Of a stretch of DNA of 64,000 nt, positions 12,960-25,830 are shown piece by piece. This DNA comes from Chiloscyllium plagiosum (lineage: Eukaryota): the NCBI RefSeq assembly GCF_004010195.1, contig NC_057719.1:84035108-84099107 (forward strand). Reading direction: 5' to 3'. The notes under the pieces were generated by a model. It worked only from the letters and a program-made list of their open reading frames with translations, searched no databases and had not been told where the DNA came from. Every line of letters begins with the position of its first letter. Position 1 is the first letter of the stretch. A program made the translations under genes and the position numbers.

Positions 12960-13300
12960 TGTCACAGATTCTGTGGGTCCTTGTTGGCTGGTGTGCCCAA
13001 TCCTACAGCTACAACTCTGGCCACACATTTCAGAGTGGCTTCTGAAAGGTGAAAGTGGTCCTTCGCCTTGAGATCATTGGCATTCTCTTCTCTGGTTTCC
13101 CTTTCCGTACTTCCTATTATCAATGGCTGTTCTCAAAGAATTGTATCCCTTCGTCCAGGAGTTTCCTCCAAGTCAGTTTCTTCTGAACGAGGGTCTCTCA
13201 TGCATTGAAACCCATGCTGCATTTCTCAAGGGAAGCCTTCAGGGAGTCTTTGAAATGCTTCCTTTGTCATCCTCTGAATTCTGACAGGTAGACGCCTTCT
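12960..13300 (-). mobile_element. RTE-clade LINE 3' remnant
   Basis: Minus strand reads RG*QRKHFKDSLKASLEKC....*ETLVQKKLTWRKLL and MCGQSCSCRIGHTSQ, like the RTE C-terminus (GGQRKRFKDSLK...WR; C..C.R.C.SRIGL.SH). Confidence 0.75.
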
Positions 13301-13566
13301 GCAAGGCACTTTTTAACATGATAATGCTGTTGTACATCAGCAGACACATGATCCTTGACAGTAGGCTGATCTAGATTACACCTTCTCCCACCCTGCCCCC
13401 TGTAAAAACGCCATCCCATATTCCCAATTCCTTCGCCTCCGCCGCATCTGCTCCCAGGAGGACCAATTCCAATACTGAACAACCCAGATGGCCTCCTTCT
13501 TCAGGGACCGCAATTTCCCCCCAGACGTGGTTGACGATGCTCTCCACCGCATCTCCTCCACTTCCC

Positions 13567-14161
13567 NNNNNNNNNNNNNNNNNNNNNNNNNNNNNNNNNN
13601 NNNNNNNNNNNNNNNNNNNNNNNNNNNNNNNNNNNNNNNNNNNNNNNNNNNNNNNNNNNNNNNNNNNNNNNNNNNNNNNNNNNNNNNNNNNNNNNNNNNN
13701 NNNNNNNNNNNNNNNNNNNNNNNNNNNNNNNNNNNNNNNNNNNNNNNNNNNNNNNNNNNNNNNNNNNNNNNNNNNNNNNNNNNNNNNNNNNNNNNNNNNN
13801 NNNNNNNNNNNNNNNNNNNNNNNNNNNNNNNNNNNNNNNNNNNNNNNNNNNNNNNNNNNNNNNNNNNNNNNNNNNNNNNNNNNNNNNNNNNNNNNNNNNN
13901 NNNNNNNNNNNNNNNNNNNNNNNNNNNNNNNNNNNNNNNNNNNNNNNNNNNNNNNNNNNNNNNNNNNNNNNNNNNNNNNNNNNNNNNNNNNNNNNNNNNN
14001 NNNNNNNNNNNNNNNNNNNNNNNNNNNNNNNNNNNNNNNNNNNNNNNNNNNNNNNNNNNNNNNNNNNNNNNNNNNNNNNNNNNNNNNNNNNNNNNNNNNN
14101 NNNNNNNNNNNNNNNNNNNNNNNNNNNNNNNNNNNNNNNNNNNNNNNNNNNNNNNNNNNNN
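13567..14161. other. Assembly gap (N run)
   Basis: Run of N characters. Confidence 1.
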
Positions 14162-14242
14162 CTACCTATCGCATTCCCAATGCCCCTCCCCCAAGTCCCT
14201 CCTCCCTACCTTTTATCTTAGCCTGCTTGGCACACCCTCCTC

Positions 14243-14278
14243 ATTCCTGAAGAAGGGCTCAAGCCCGAAACGTCGATT
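14243..14278 (+). ncRNA. Minimal type I hammerhead ribozyme motif
   Basis: ATTC-CTGAAGA-A-GGGC-TCAA-GCCC-GAAA-C-GTC-GATT; predicted cleavage after GTC at 14274. Confidence 0.75.
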
Positions 14279-15043
14279 CTCCTGCTCCTTGGATGCTGCC
14301 TGACCTGCTGCGCTTTTCCAGCAACACATTTTTCAGCTCTGATCTCCAGCATCTGCAGTCCTCACTTTCTCCTAGTAGGCTGATCTGGTTTGAGTGGAGA
14401 TCTTGATGTCTGGGGAATCTCCCTATTGCTGCAGCCTTCAGTCATTGCTGTAGCCAATGATATCACATGAAAATCTTCCACCTGCATCACCGTTGAGGAC
14501 TTGTTTCGGATTGCATTTTGTCTGGTTCCTCCCCTCTGACCTTATCATCATGGGTGGTCCCACCAGGAGTTGAGAACTCCAGATAGCTTTACTTTTGGGA
14601 TCAATGGAACACTCAAGCCTCTCTACTGCAGCAAACTCGCAATCGATAGAATCCTCTTAACCACAAAGTTCCACAGCAACCAAGTAATTTAAACCTATTG
14701 CTACCTTCAATGTAATGAAATATCCTAGGGCCATTATAAAGCAAAATATAATCACTGATCCACATAGGATAGTTCAAGTCAGTTAACCAAAAGCCTGAAC
14801 AAAGAAGAAGGGGTGTCTTAAAGGACAAAAGTAGAGGCAGGAAGTGGTAGGAAGGGCTTGCCAAGAGCTTAGACATCAGGCAGCTAATGTAAAGGTAAGA
14901 TACAGGCAGAAAAGTCAACTGTTATTATGATAGCAGGATTTTACCACCTCAGCTGACTGACCACCATGATAAAAACATTAATCTGAAAGCTATGGGATCC
15001 TTCCATGTGCAAAATGACTGGCACATAACCAGCCATTTCATTT

Positions 15044-15577
15044 AGAGTCATAGTAATGATCAGCATTGTAACAGACCATTCGGTCCAACTTGTCTATGCC
15101 AACCAAATATCCTGAATTAATCTAGTACATTTACCAGTATTTAGCCCATATCGCTTTAAACTCTCCCTAATCATATACCCACCCAGATGTATTTTAAATG
15201 TTGCAAATGTACCAGCCTCCACCACTTCCTCTGGCACTTCTATACACCCAGAATCCTCTGCGTGAAGAAGTTGCCCCTTAGATCCTTTTTAAATCTTTTC
15301 CCTCTCACCTTGAACCTATGCCCTCTAGTTTTGAACTCCCTTATGCTGGGGAAAAGACCTTAACTGTTCACCCTAATCATGCCCATCATGATTTTGATAG
15401 GTTTGATAAGATCACCCTTCAGCCTCCGTAGCTCCAGGGAAAAAAGCCCCAGTCTATTCAGCCTCTCTCTCTCTCTTTCTCTCTCTCTCTCTACAGCTCA
15501 AACCCTCCAACCCTGACAGTATTGTTGCAAATCTTTTCTGAACCCTTTCAGGTTTCCCAACATCTGGCTATAGTAGG
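15044..15577 (-). mobile_element. CR1/HER1-like LINE 3' fragment containing a (CT)n expansion at 15463-15492
   Basis: Reverse-complement match to 48060-48553. Confidence 0.88.
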
Positions 15578-16477
15578 TTCAACTATAACTTCTGGTCTTG
15601 CAGACTGCTTTTGAACATTTGAAGAATTTCATAAATAATGTTTTTCTTGTCTCTTCAGATCATTGATAAATATTGAGAGTAGAACCAACGTCAGGACTGA
15701 ATTATATTGGCCACACTCTCCAATTCAGAGTCCACACCACTGCAGCCTTGCAATAAATCAGTAAGCGGAACTTGTGATGATCACGTCTTGACAATAAGCT
15801 TATTGGAAATGTACACTGTTTCTAAAAAAAACCAAAGAAACAGCACCATAATGTTGACATTATCCTGTCACAAAATGGATTCGGGAAAGACAGGTGACTT
15901 CTGTTGTGGTTTCTCAACAGACAGTTACTGAAAGCGCAAGTGGTTTCTCAGGTGCTAACATTTCAATGGAAGAGATTTAAAGAACAATGGCCAGAGAACC
16001 TGACAGTCCTTGAAGATGGGTTGCCAAACAAAGTCATTCAGTGAGTATGATCATAACTGGAATGTTGACGGGAATTATATTGGCTCTAACCCATTGTGTG
16101 GGCAATGGAATGCACTGATACTGTCATCACATGACGAAACTGGCCAGAAAGAGCACCAATATAATCCATCAAGGCAGTCTGGTACCAGCATCATAGAGCA
16201 AGAGATCACTAAACAAAACAAAGATGCCTGCTTTGAAAAGACAGTCATCTCAGGCATTGAGAGGGAGCTAATTCTTTTTACCTGCAAGATTACATTCTCT
16301 CACCGCAGGAGCTCAATCTTAATTTTGTCTGGAAAAGCCAGAAATTCAAACCTCTGTTTGACTTCTTCCTGTTACGCTGTTAGTAATCTAACTGTACGTT
16401 ACAACTCTAGAAATCATCTCTAAGTGTGTCTGTCTGTGTGTTTGGGAAATTGGTGTTTGTTGTATTGTCATTTTGTT

Positions 16478-16820
16478 TTCATTTATTAATGGGATGTGGG
16501 TGTCTCTGGCCAGACCAGCATTTATTGCCTGATTACCCAGAGGAGAGTTGAGAGTCAACCACATTATTGTGGATCGGGAGTCACGTGTAGGCCAGACCAG
16601 GTAAGGAAGGCAGATCTCCTTCCCCAAAGGACTTCAGTGGATTACATGGGTTTTTCTGACAATCGACAATGGTTGGTTATCGTCATTCGACTCTTAATTC
16701 CATATTTTAAGTGAATTCAAATTCCACTGTCTGTCATGGTGGGATTTGAACCCAGATCACCAGAATGTTAGCCAAGTTTCTGGATTAATAGCCTGGCAAT
16801 AATACCACCACTTGCCTCCA
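16478..16820 (-). mobile_element. tRNA-derived SINE, second family; its tail is shared with the LINE at 36760-38045
   Basis: B box on minus strand (plus reads GGGATTTGAACCC); homologous to 32505-32834, 40308-40812, 58835-59139, 62265-62448. Confidence 0.8.
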
Positions 16821-18294
16821 CGCCCATGCCCCCCGCCCACCCACTTAGGTGTCTTCCAGTCTAGTCTTTAAAGCCACAGTACTCAACAAGGTTAAAACAC
16901 TTCTTCACAAGAGTATATCCTGCTGGGGTCAGCTGAAGGATAAAAAGATGGGAGAAGTTATCCTCTGATACACTGACCCGCAAACTACCGTCTGACTCAT
17001 CTGTAAAAAAACTGAACAATCAAGGTCAGGAGATCAAATATGAAACCCTGGCTATGCATTCAACTTGATGACCTGAAGTGAAGCATCGTACTAATAATCA
17101 TACCCTTAACCTGCCTTGCTTAAAGCAATGTTGACTTGGAATCATTGCTACCTCTCTCATTCAGTGTGACTAAGTTGATTCTTTACAGCGGAGTCCAATT
17201 TTTCCAAGGAAGTTCCAACTGATAGTATTCAAATATACCTTTTATTTTGTAATGGCATTTACAAGTCTCTACATGAATACAACCGCTCCAACTACCAGCA
17301 GTGTGTTATTCTCACACTACAGTAGCACATATACTTGTCATGCTTGATTTTATAACTGTTCTTCCACAGAAACATCTTGGAAAAACAGCTATTTCAAAAA
17401 TGTTGTTTTAAAGCACTTTATTCGTGCCAATTAAAATACCTTAAACAATAGACAGTTCAGATGCTAATTAGCTGACTTTGTGTTGTACCTTCACAGATGA
17501 CAGGATGTGAATTAATAAACTTGGCTTGGTAAACAATAAAAACCTAACAGCCACGGTTAAGGGTTCACTGTTTCTGTATGCTGAGATTAGATGAATTTTA
17601 CCTTTCTGGCTGTGAAATGGCAAGTGATAAAAAAAATCCCCATTTGAGAGGTCAAATTAAGGTTTGTTCTACTATAATATTACAAGGCAGTCAAGCAGTG
17701 AAAAAAAAGATTATAATGCAGGATAAGAGGCTAGTACCTTCTTTTAGTTAAGTAAGGTGGCTTAGCGATACCAGAAAAGTACACTTTTTGTTTTGCAACA
17801 CAAATTTTAATTGAAGTTTCACAAATTGAGTCTGCTCATCGAGCACACATTCACTTTAGGATAAAATAAAGCAGTTTACTCGTTTAACTCAGTGTTTGCT
17901 CATCCCACCTTTAGCAAAACTAAAGTCATACACACGCAAAAGATGCAAGTAATTTGGTTCAGCTCACAAGGGGGGGTCTACTGTTCCGTCCTCAGGTTAC
18001 ACTCTAATAATTAGAGAAAAGGAAGTTTGAATCAACTTCCATTACAGTTAGATGGTTATAACAATTAATGGGAGTGACTGACATCACCGAACTCAAAAAT
18101 GGGATGTAAGGCATTCATTGTAAAGTTTCACTTTTTTTTAAACACAGGCATAGGAGGAGGTCTTCCAGGCTCGAACCAGTTTCACTATTCAATGCGATCA
18201 CGGTATTGTGTACCTCAGTTTCATTTATGCACCTCAGTTCTTTATGCCCTAATACTCTTGCCTAACAAAAATCTTTAAACCTCAGTTTTTGAAA

Positions 18295-18490
18295 GGTGGT
18301 CAATACTTATCCCTCAACAAGACCACACAAACACATTATTTGGTCACTATCAAATTGCTAATGGCATATTTTGGCTGTTGCATTTCCTCCACCATAACAG
18401 TGACAACACTTCAAAAGTCCTTCATTGGCTGTAAAGTGCTTTGAAATGCCTCATGCTTGTGAAAGGCACTATAAAAATGCAAGTCTTTAT
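18295..18490 (+). mobile_element. DeuSINE-like 3' fragment
   Basis: CACTTCAAAAGTCCTTCATTGGCTGTAAAGTGCTTTG...GTGAAAGGCACTATAAAAATGCAAGTCTTT 3' terminus. Confidence 0.65.
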
Positions 18491-21400
18491 TTATATAATC
18501 TTTTTGCTGTGTGAAAAATGGATGCCACATTTCCCAACACAGGACATACTTCTTGATTGGAGAGCACTTTGGGAAGTTCTGAGATCGTGAAGGGTACTAT
18601 GAAAATATAAAAACAAACCTTCGTCCTTTCTTAGTACACATTTACGCAAAAAGCACCTGAAGTGCCCCTTGTTACAGACGTAGAGCCCTGGTTTCTCTTT
18701 CCTGCAAGAAACTCTTCCCTTTGACACCAAAGATAAGTTTTCTGACTTTGCGTTGCATCATATCAAGTCACGTTTGGGGTTTGACAGTCTCTTTTGAAAT
18801 TCAGCACACCACCTCTCTAATTTCAACCCTTTTGTTTTTACAAATTTCTCTAATTAAATTTCATTACACCCTCATAATTGCCTTTATTCTCATTTCTAGG
18901 TTAGAAGAATTTGATTCTGACTTTCCCCTCTTCACCAGTTAAGAACAAAACAATTGTCAATTGTTTTCTCTCTGCCCCACATTCTCTGAACCATTTCTCA
19001 GACATTTCCATCTGAGCCTCAAACCTTCAGGCTCTCTGCAACTAACAAAGTACTAAAAGAGCCTAGTGTTGTCAGCTCGATTTCTCCCACACACAGCTGT
19101 GCACGGGCCATGAAATTAGCATTCTGTGTTCAAGACAAAACCACTGAAATGAGATAAAAGGTAACCTGAGCTCAATCTGCTTCAAGCTTTGGGAGCCATT
19201 CCCAGATTCTCTGGATAAACTGAAAGACAAGTTCTGCTTGTGATCGTACTCCAACAATACTTTTATACGGCAGTCCACTGCAATTCCGGGAGCAAACTGG
19301 CGTGTAAACCTTTTCCCCAAAACCACCAGTAGCCTACACGTAGGTACAATCTGTGTTTTCACACTCAACCTGAGCTTAGTTCTCATTTGGCCTGGCTCAA
19401 TTCTGAAATGAAGTTTCTGAATTCACTGCAGGCAGGACAAGTTAATGGTTTTGAAATCAGCTATTGTTTTGATCCTTTTTATCAATGCAAGGTCAGTGCA
19501 AGTGCACGTACATGGCCAATATACGAAATAGTATCAAATATGTTGTGTGTGTGTCTGCAAGCGGGTGTGTTGAATGTACGTGTTGGAGGCATGTGTGCAT
19601 TGATAGGAACCCGGGAGGATCTAACTGTTCCAATTGCCACTCTCTTAGCCACTGCCAACCTGCCCCACAACAACAATTCTACTTAGCCCAGAGATCCTGG
19701 GTCAAATTGCAGAAGTCTCATCCCCTGTCATTTCATTGTACAGGTTGATTTCAAATGGGTCAACACAACAGGCACTGAGTGGAAGCTGGGGCTTTGCTGG
19801 CCTGTCCAGCTCATGAATACACTTATTAGCTGAAATACCAAACATTTCTAAAAAAGAACTAGTGCTTCAGTAGGGTAAAGCGACACTAAAAGTTCAGCCA
19901 TAAGTTAATGAAAAAAATGGAGTTACAGGTCTTGCCCATAATAGCAGCAAATGTAGCCACAAGGTGGGCCCTTGAGGTGCAGTGATAGTGACCCTAACTC
20001 AGAGCCATGAGGTCCAGGTTCAAGTCCCATTTGTTCTAGAGATGAGTAATAACATCATCAACAGGATGAATAGAACTTATCTAGACATATGAGCAAAGTG
20101 GGAATTACATTCCATGTGTAGCAGAGAAACAGGGCACTTGTTTTAACTGCGCTAAGTACTTATGCTCCATATAAAGCTCCTTTAAACTTACCTCATTTTA
20201 TCCATTAGCGTATCCTTTTACCGTTCCCTCTCATGTCTTTATTGTAAGAAACCAATAGTTTTCATTTTTTGAAACCATAAGCTGAAATGGAAGTTGGACT
20301 GCTATAAGTGGAATATGAGGAACTTTTTGTGACTTGAAAACCAAATGTTCATATTGTCAACCTCTGCAATATCATGCTTTTTAGAAGCAGCAAGAGGGAG
20401 AACTTGTGACCGAATAACATCAAAAATCTTTTCAGTGCTAAATATTCTACCTGACAACAGCCCTTTGATTGGTTGATCTCCACTGTTCAAAATTTGTAAG
20501 TGACAAGAGCAGCAGGTAGTGATAAATTATCCAGTGCCTGTAGACAGACAGCACCTCTCCAAGTGAGGAAAGGGACAGAAGAAATAAGAAAGAATTCAAA
20601 CGAGAAAAATTCCCAAGTTCACCCGATCAAACGTTGAATCAAAAGGCGACTGTTACTCTACAGACAACAGTGTATTATTGTTGCAAAAATCAAAAGGACT
20701 GACGTAAAAATAACTTTCCAGCTTGTAGTCTAGATTTATAAATTTCTGAAATTGATTTACTTTGTCTACGTTCTTCTCCTGTAGCACATATGTTAAATCA
20801 TTTGTCTTTTGTCTGTCTTAATCATGATTTTGTTCAAGGAGATTGGGGTTTTGAAGGGGTATAGTTTAGGTTGCCTTTTTCTTTTCTTTTTCCTGCTCTA
20901 GGTAAAGTTAACTGTGTTATAATCAACAGTTATTTCTTTCTGTTACTGAAGAAATCCCGGTATGAACTGCTTTTGTCCTGACGAGCAGTCAATCAGGCAA
21001 ATTGATCATTTTAATGGTCTCATGGGTATTTTATATATGAATGCATACTGCTTGTGGAATAGTGGGCATGATTACCGGTGCACTATTTCCAATTAAGTCA
21101 TGCTATTATCAAGCTTCCATTAAAATACATCAATGTTATTTATCTCAACTCTGCTTTAGGATACCAAGTTCCACATTCTAACCCGTGTGTAAAAGCACTT
21201 CTTGTGAAATTTTCACTGCAAATGTTCGTGACCATCTTCTTGATGCCCACCCCCACTCCTCAGTGTCAGTAGCCTTGCTTCATTTATCCTAGCAAATCTT
21301 TGATATCTTTAAGCATTGCTATTAAGCCATCCCACTTTCTCAAGGAAAAGTGAAAGACGAGTTTACATTTCAACAGATACACGATATTCACAAAACGGCA

Positions 21401-23264
21401 AGTCAATTTTAAAGCTGACAACAGTTTGAAGCACTGACAGGATTCACTGTACAGGCTGGTGGATTCATAGTCTGACACAGTAGATTGCCAAAGCTGGCCA
21501 GATAAAACACAGTGGAACAGCCCATTTGGAATAGCCCATTTGCAATAGTCAGGAGAGTGCTGGCAGGATCAGTATTAATCACGCACAAGCATCAGAGCTA
21601 ATGAGTAATCCAGGGATTCACTCTCTTTCTACCTCTCCTTACCATTCCAAATCCCTGCTCCATTTCTTCTCAGCATTCCAGGGTCAGGTCATGCCAGATG
21701 ATAGCTTTAGTTGCAGTGTGTCAACAACTCAAATTCTCATCTGTACCTTTTCACTCAACAACATTTCCTGGTAAATACACTTGCTGGTCCCTCAAGTAGG
21801 GCCTCACCTTGCAGACATGACTGCCACAGAGGAACACAGTTCAGCCGGCAGTTACCCCACATAAAGCAGCAAGGGGGCAGAGAAGGAGAAGCCACTGAAG
21901 ACAAAGACCTCCATTAATGTGCAGCTGAAAGTAAGGGAAAATTCTGAAATATAATTTCAGAGTGTAACAAATCTTCTGCATCCAGAGGCAAACTAAAGGA
22001 GTCTGCTGTAACACTGCACACTTGTCCTTGAGCAAGGAGGTTTGCAAAGTTGAGCATTTAATTAAAATTCACACTCCAGTGCATCTCTGATCAAATGTTC
22101 TCTTGGACAAGCCGTTACTGAGGCTGTGCCTGACTTCTCAGATGGATGTAAAACGCAACCGAGGTTTTAAGCACAAGGCCCAAAAGTCATGGAACAGGGA
22201 TTTCACATTCCACTGGAATCAAGTCTTTATTAATCTTAAAATAAATTAAGGCTACAACTAGGAGAACATAGAAACTGTGAGCAGATGCAAGCCATACAAT
22301 CCTCTGCCATTCAATAGGATCATGACTGATCCTCCATCTCACTTTCTTGCCCCTTGATGCCTTTAAAATTTAGAAATTTATCAACTTTTTCATGAATATA
22401 TTCATTGCATTGGCCTCCACAGCCTTTGAATGAAGGAGGTTTTCCTCATCTCAATTGTAAATGGTCTACTCAGTATCCTGAGACTGAGTCTCCTGATTCT
22501 CCATTCCCCAACAAGGGAAAACATCCTCCCTGCATCTAGTTTGTTCAGCCCAGTTAGAATTTTATATGTTTCAAGCAGATCTTTCTCTCTCAACTTTCTA
22601 ACCTTCAGTGAACACAGGCCCAGTCAAACCAATCTCTCCTCATAGAACAATCCTGTCATCCCTGGTGTCAGCCAAGTAAAACTCCACTGTATTCCCGCTA
22701 ATGGTGGGTATATCCTTTCTTGGGCAGGGAGACCAAAACTGCACGTAACACTCCAGGTGTGGTCTCTCCAAAACCCTGTACAACTACAGCAAGACATCAC
22801 TACTTCTGAACTCAAATCCTCTTACAACAAAGGCCAATATACCATTTACTTCCACAACTGCTACTACACCTGTCTATTTATTTTAAGCCTTTTATACATC
22901 CCAACATATCACCATTTAAATAATGCTCTTCATAATTTCGGTTTCCGCATCAAATTCATGGCCTTTAACCACAGCATTTAATTTCCCCAGCCCTATGATC
23001 TTACTAATACTGAATACCTTCAATTCCACCCACTCACTAGATGCTCAGTTCCCTAACATTTCTGAAAAGTTATTTGCACCCTCTTTTGTGAGGACAGAAC
23101 CAAAGTTGGTGTTCAATTTTCTGCCATTTATTTGTAACTATTATAATTTTCCCAGCTTCTGTCAGGCATTTACTTTTGTCTTTAGCAAACCTTTTCACAT
23201 ATTTATGAAAACAATTTATAGTCAGTTTCCATGTCCTTTGTAATTTTGATTTTATACTCTATTC

Positions 23265-24537
23265 AAAGGTTTGTGTAAAGATTTATAGCTCGGGTGCCGG
23301 TTGTCGTGGTTGTGGGTATGTTTGCCGAGCTGGGAAGTTGATTTGCAGACGTTTCATCCCCTGTCTAGGTGACATCTTCAGTGCTTTGAAGCCTCCTGTG
23401 AAGCGCTGCTGTACTGTGTCTTGTGGAATTCATTTGGTTCTGTTCTGCTTGTTTGATGTAGTGGCCAGTATCCTGGGTCTAGGTCAATGTGCTTGTCGAT
23501 GGAGCCTATGGCTGAGGGCCGTGCTTCTAGAAATTCTCTGGCTGTCCTATGTTTAGTCTGTCCTATGATCGTTGTGTTGCCCTAGTCGAATCTGTGGTCC
23601 TTCTCACCTGTGTGTATGGCTACAGCTTGTCGTGGTATTCAGTGGCTAGTTGGTGTTTGTGGATGCAGATTGCTAGTTGTCTGCCTGTTTGCATTATGTA
23701 GTGTTTGTGCAGTCTTTGCATAGAATCCTGTACATTAGGTTAGTCTTGCACATGATGGGTATCGGGTCTTTTGTTCTGGTGAGTTGTTGCCTGAGCACGG
23801 CTGCCAGTTTATGGGCTCCAATGAATCCGAGTGGTTGGAGAAATCTAGCTGTCCGTTCTGAGATGTTTTTTATGTAAGTGGCTAGTGAGTTAGGTCATGG
23901 CATGTACTCATTGCATTGTTTGTCTGTTAGATGTCTGCAGATGAAGTAGCGGGGATATCTGTTCTTGGTTCTGTAGAGGTGTTCTTCTTCTTCCCTTCGT
24001 AGGTTGGAAGTGCGATACTGTGTTGTAGTCCTTGTGAACAAGGCAAAAGACCCTATACCCATCGTGTGCAAGACTAGCGTAATTTACAGGATTCTATGCA
24101 AAGACTACACGAAACACTATATACAGCATCAGGCAGACAACAAGCAATCTGCATTCACAAACATTAATTAGCCACTGAATGCCACGATAAGCAGTAGCCA
24201 GACACACAGGTGACAAGGACCACAAATTCAACTGGGGCAACACAACGATCACAGGACAAGCTAAACATAGGACAGCCAGAGAATTTCTAGAAGCACAGCT
24301 CTCAGCCACGGACTTCATCAACAAGCACATTGACCTAGACCCAGTATACCAGCCACTACACTGAATAACCAGAACCAGCAACCGGAAGCAACAGGAACAG
24401 GACCAAATGAATTCCACAAGACACAGTACAGAAGCGCTTCACAGAAGGACCCAAAGCACTGAAGATGTCACCTAGACAGGGGACAAAATGTCTGCAAATC
24501 AACTTCCCAGCTCGGCGAACATACCCATAACTAAAAC
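23265..24537. mobile_element. Penelope (Poseidon-like) element with two long inverted arms, both containing GIY-YIG remnants
   Basis: 23310-23773 is the reverse complement of 24045-24530; plus arm reads KDPIPIVCKTSVIYRILCKD..KHYI....HKFNWGNTTITGQAKHRTAREFLEA. Confidence 0.9.
23345..23384 (-). ncRNA. Minimal hammerhead ribozyme motif (Poseidon-like family)
   Basis: Reverse complement GCA-CTGAAGA-TGTCACCTAGACAGGGGAT-GAAA-C-GTC-TGC with stem I GCA/TGC; the opposite-arm copy (24456-24495) has a mutated core. Confidence 0.7.
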
Positions 24538-25184
24538 TTATACTGTTTTCCACCTGTTGATCAAACATATTTGTCCTCCTTTGCTGAATTCTCAAATGTT
24601 CCCAATCCTCAAGCTTACTGCTTTTTCTGGCAATTTTATACAACTGCTTTTTGAATCTAATGCCATCCCTAATTTATTTGTAAGCCACCTTTCCTCTTTC
24701 ATGTTTAGGTCAGGAGAGAAAGTAATAATTGTAATTCATTCACATATTCTTTAAATATGAACCACTGCCTATCCACCATAAACCTCTTTACTAAAGTTTC
24801 CCAACCTATCATTGCCAATTCATGCCTCATATTCGCTTAAAGGGAAGTATGAGAGTATCAGACAACAGAGTATCTACGTTGCATTAAGTCTGTAATTCGC
24901 ATAATGGTTTGATGGATCCTTTGTCTGCCTGATGTGTCTGTTTGTATGCCTGTCTCTCTCTCTCCACGAGGCTTTGGTCTGACAAAAACATTCTTTCCTT
25001 CAGAGAGCATCTGCAGACATTATTGACCTTTCCAGATCAATGCAAGAAAATTACATTGAAATAGAGGATCAGTCATGATCCTAATGAATGGCAGAGCAGG
25101 CTTGAAGGGCTGCATGGCCTACATCTGCTCATGGCTTTTACATTTTCCTAGTTGTCACCTTAATTCATTTTAAGCTTTATAAAG

Positions 25185-25830
25185 ACCTGATTCCAGTCTG
25201 CTGCTGGAGGCCCTGGGACACACTTCCCTGCTTTGACACTTGCTGTTCAGACACACATCCTCCAACTCAGCAATGTCCATCTTTGAAATGAAGTTAAAGA
25301 CGTCTTCTGTTGTTAGCCCACTCACCATGACAGTGAAAGTTTTAAGGATTCCTCTCAGTGGGAGATAAACATTTTTGTTGCTGAAATTAGAAATCTGCGT
25401 GGGTACCCGATTCCTTTCCTCTCACAGTGACGAGGGCGATTCCCAGAGTTACACCAAGTGAGAGCTCTGCTACAAGTGGCCTTAGCAAGGCCTGATGTCT
25501 ACCAACTGGAAACTGAGCCATCAAGAACAGTGATGGTGTGAGCAGGCAAAAGGACAGGCTGCTTCTCTGTGACTCAAACACTTCTAAAGTACCGTATAGG
25601 CTGCCGCACTTTGAGGGCGTGAAGCAAGGTTTCGACCCCAATTACTGCACTCGTTGCATACTCCTCATACTGGTCACATACGTGCCTTCCAAGGTTGCCT
25701 GCGCGGCTCTTAAGACTTCCTTAGTTCCACTGGAGTCTTGCTCAAGTCACAAGCCATTAACAATCCCAGGTTATGGAAAGTATGAAAGAAGAAATGCAAC
25801 CACAATAAGGGATGTCTGACCCCTGCAAAT
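25185..25830 (-). pseudogene. Decayed Gypsy/Ty3 LTR-retrotransposon pol fragment (protease C-terminus and protease-RT linker)
   Basis: Across frameshifts the minus strand gives GSDIPYCGCI (cf. ANGL.IPY.GY), QPVLLPAHTITVL, GVTLGIALVTV and RVPTQISNFSNKNVYLPLRGILKT (cf. VPVR..N.S...V.L). Confidence 0.6.

Larger units (their letters stand above)
13373..14373 (+). mobile_element. Young Penelope-like element spanning the assembly gap
   Basis: 5' part encodes SHPAPCKNAIPYSQFLRLRRICS...MASFFRDRNFPPDVV (PLE RT thumb/linker); 3' pLTR with hammerhead; perfect 13 bp TSD AGTAGGCTGATCT at 13360-13372 and 14374-14386. Confidence 0.9.
22262..24830 (-). mobile_element. Old CR1 LINE, split by the Penelope insertion at 23265-24537
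   Basis: Minus ORFs DLLETYKILTGLNKLDAGRMF (22402-22593) and MYKIARKSSKLEDWEHLRIQQRRT (24643 downward) are CR1 ORF2-like. Confidence 0.8.

Noticed and set aside
13488..14303. 271 aa and 239 aa ORFs
   Set aside because: Length is an artefact of the N gap; only the flanks are real PLE sequence
15659..15760. Plus-strand exon candidate (TTTTTCTTGTCTCTTCAG...GTAAGC) with one open frame
   Set aside because: Peptide unrecognised, and the opposite strand reads LLSIFINDL, suggesting a decayed LINE RT instead
20700..21110. Solo-LTR-like sequence (similar impression at 53690-54325)
   Set aside because: No second copy, TSD or clear TG...CA termini identified in this window
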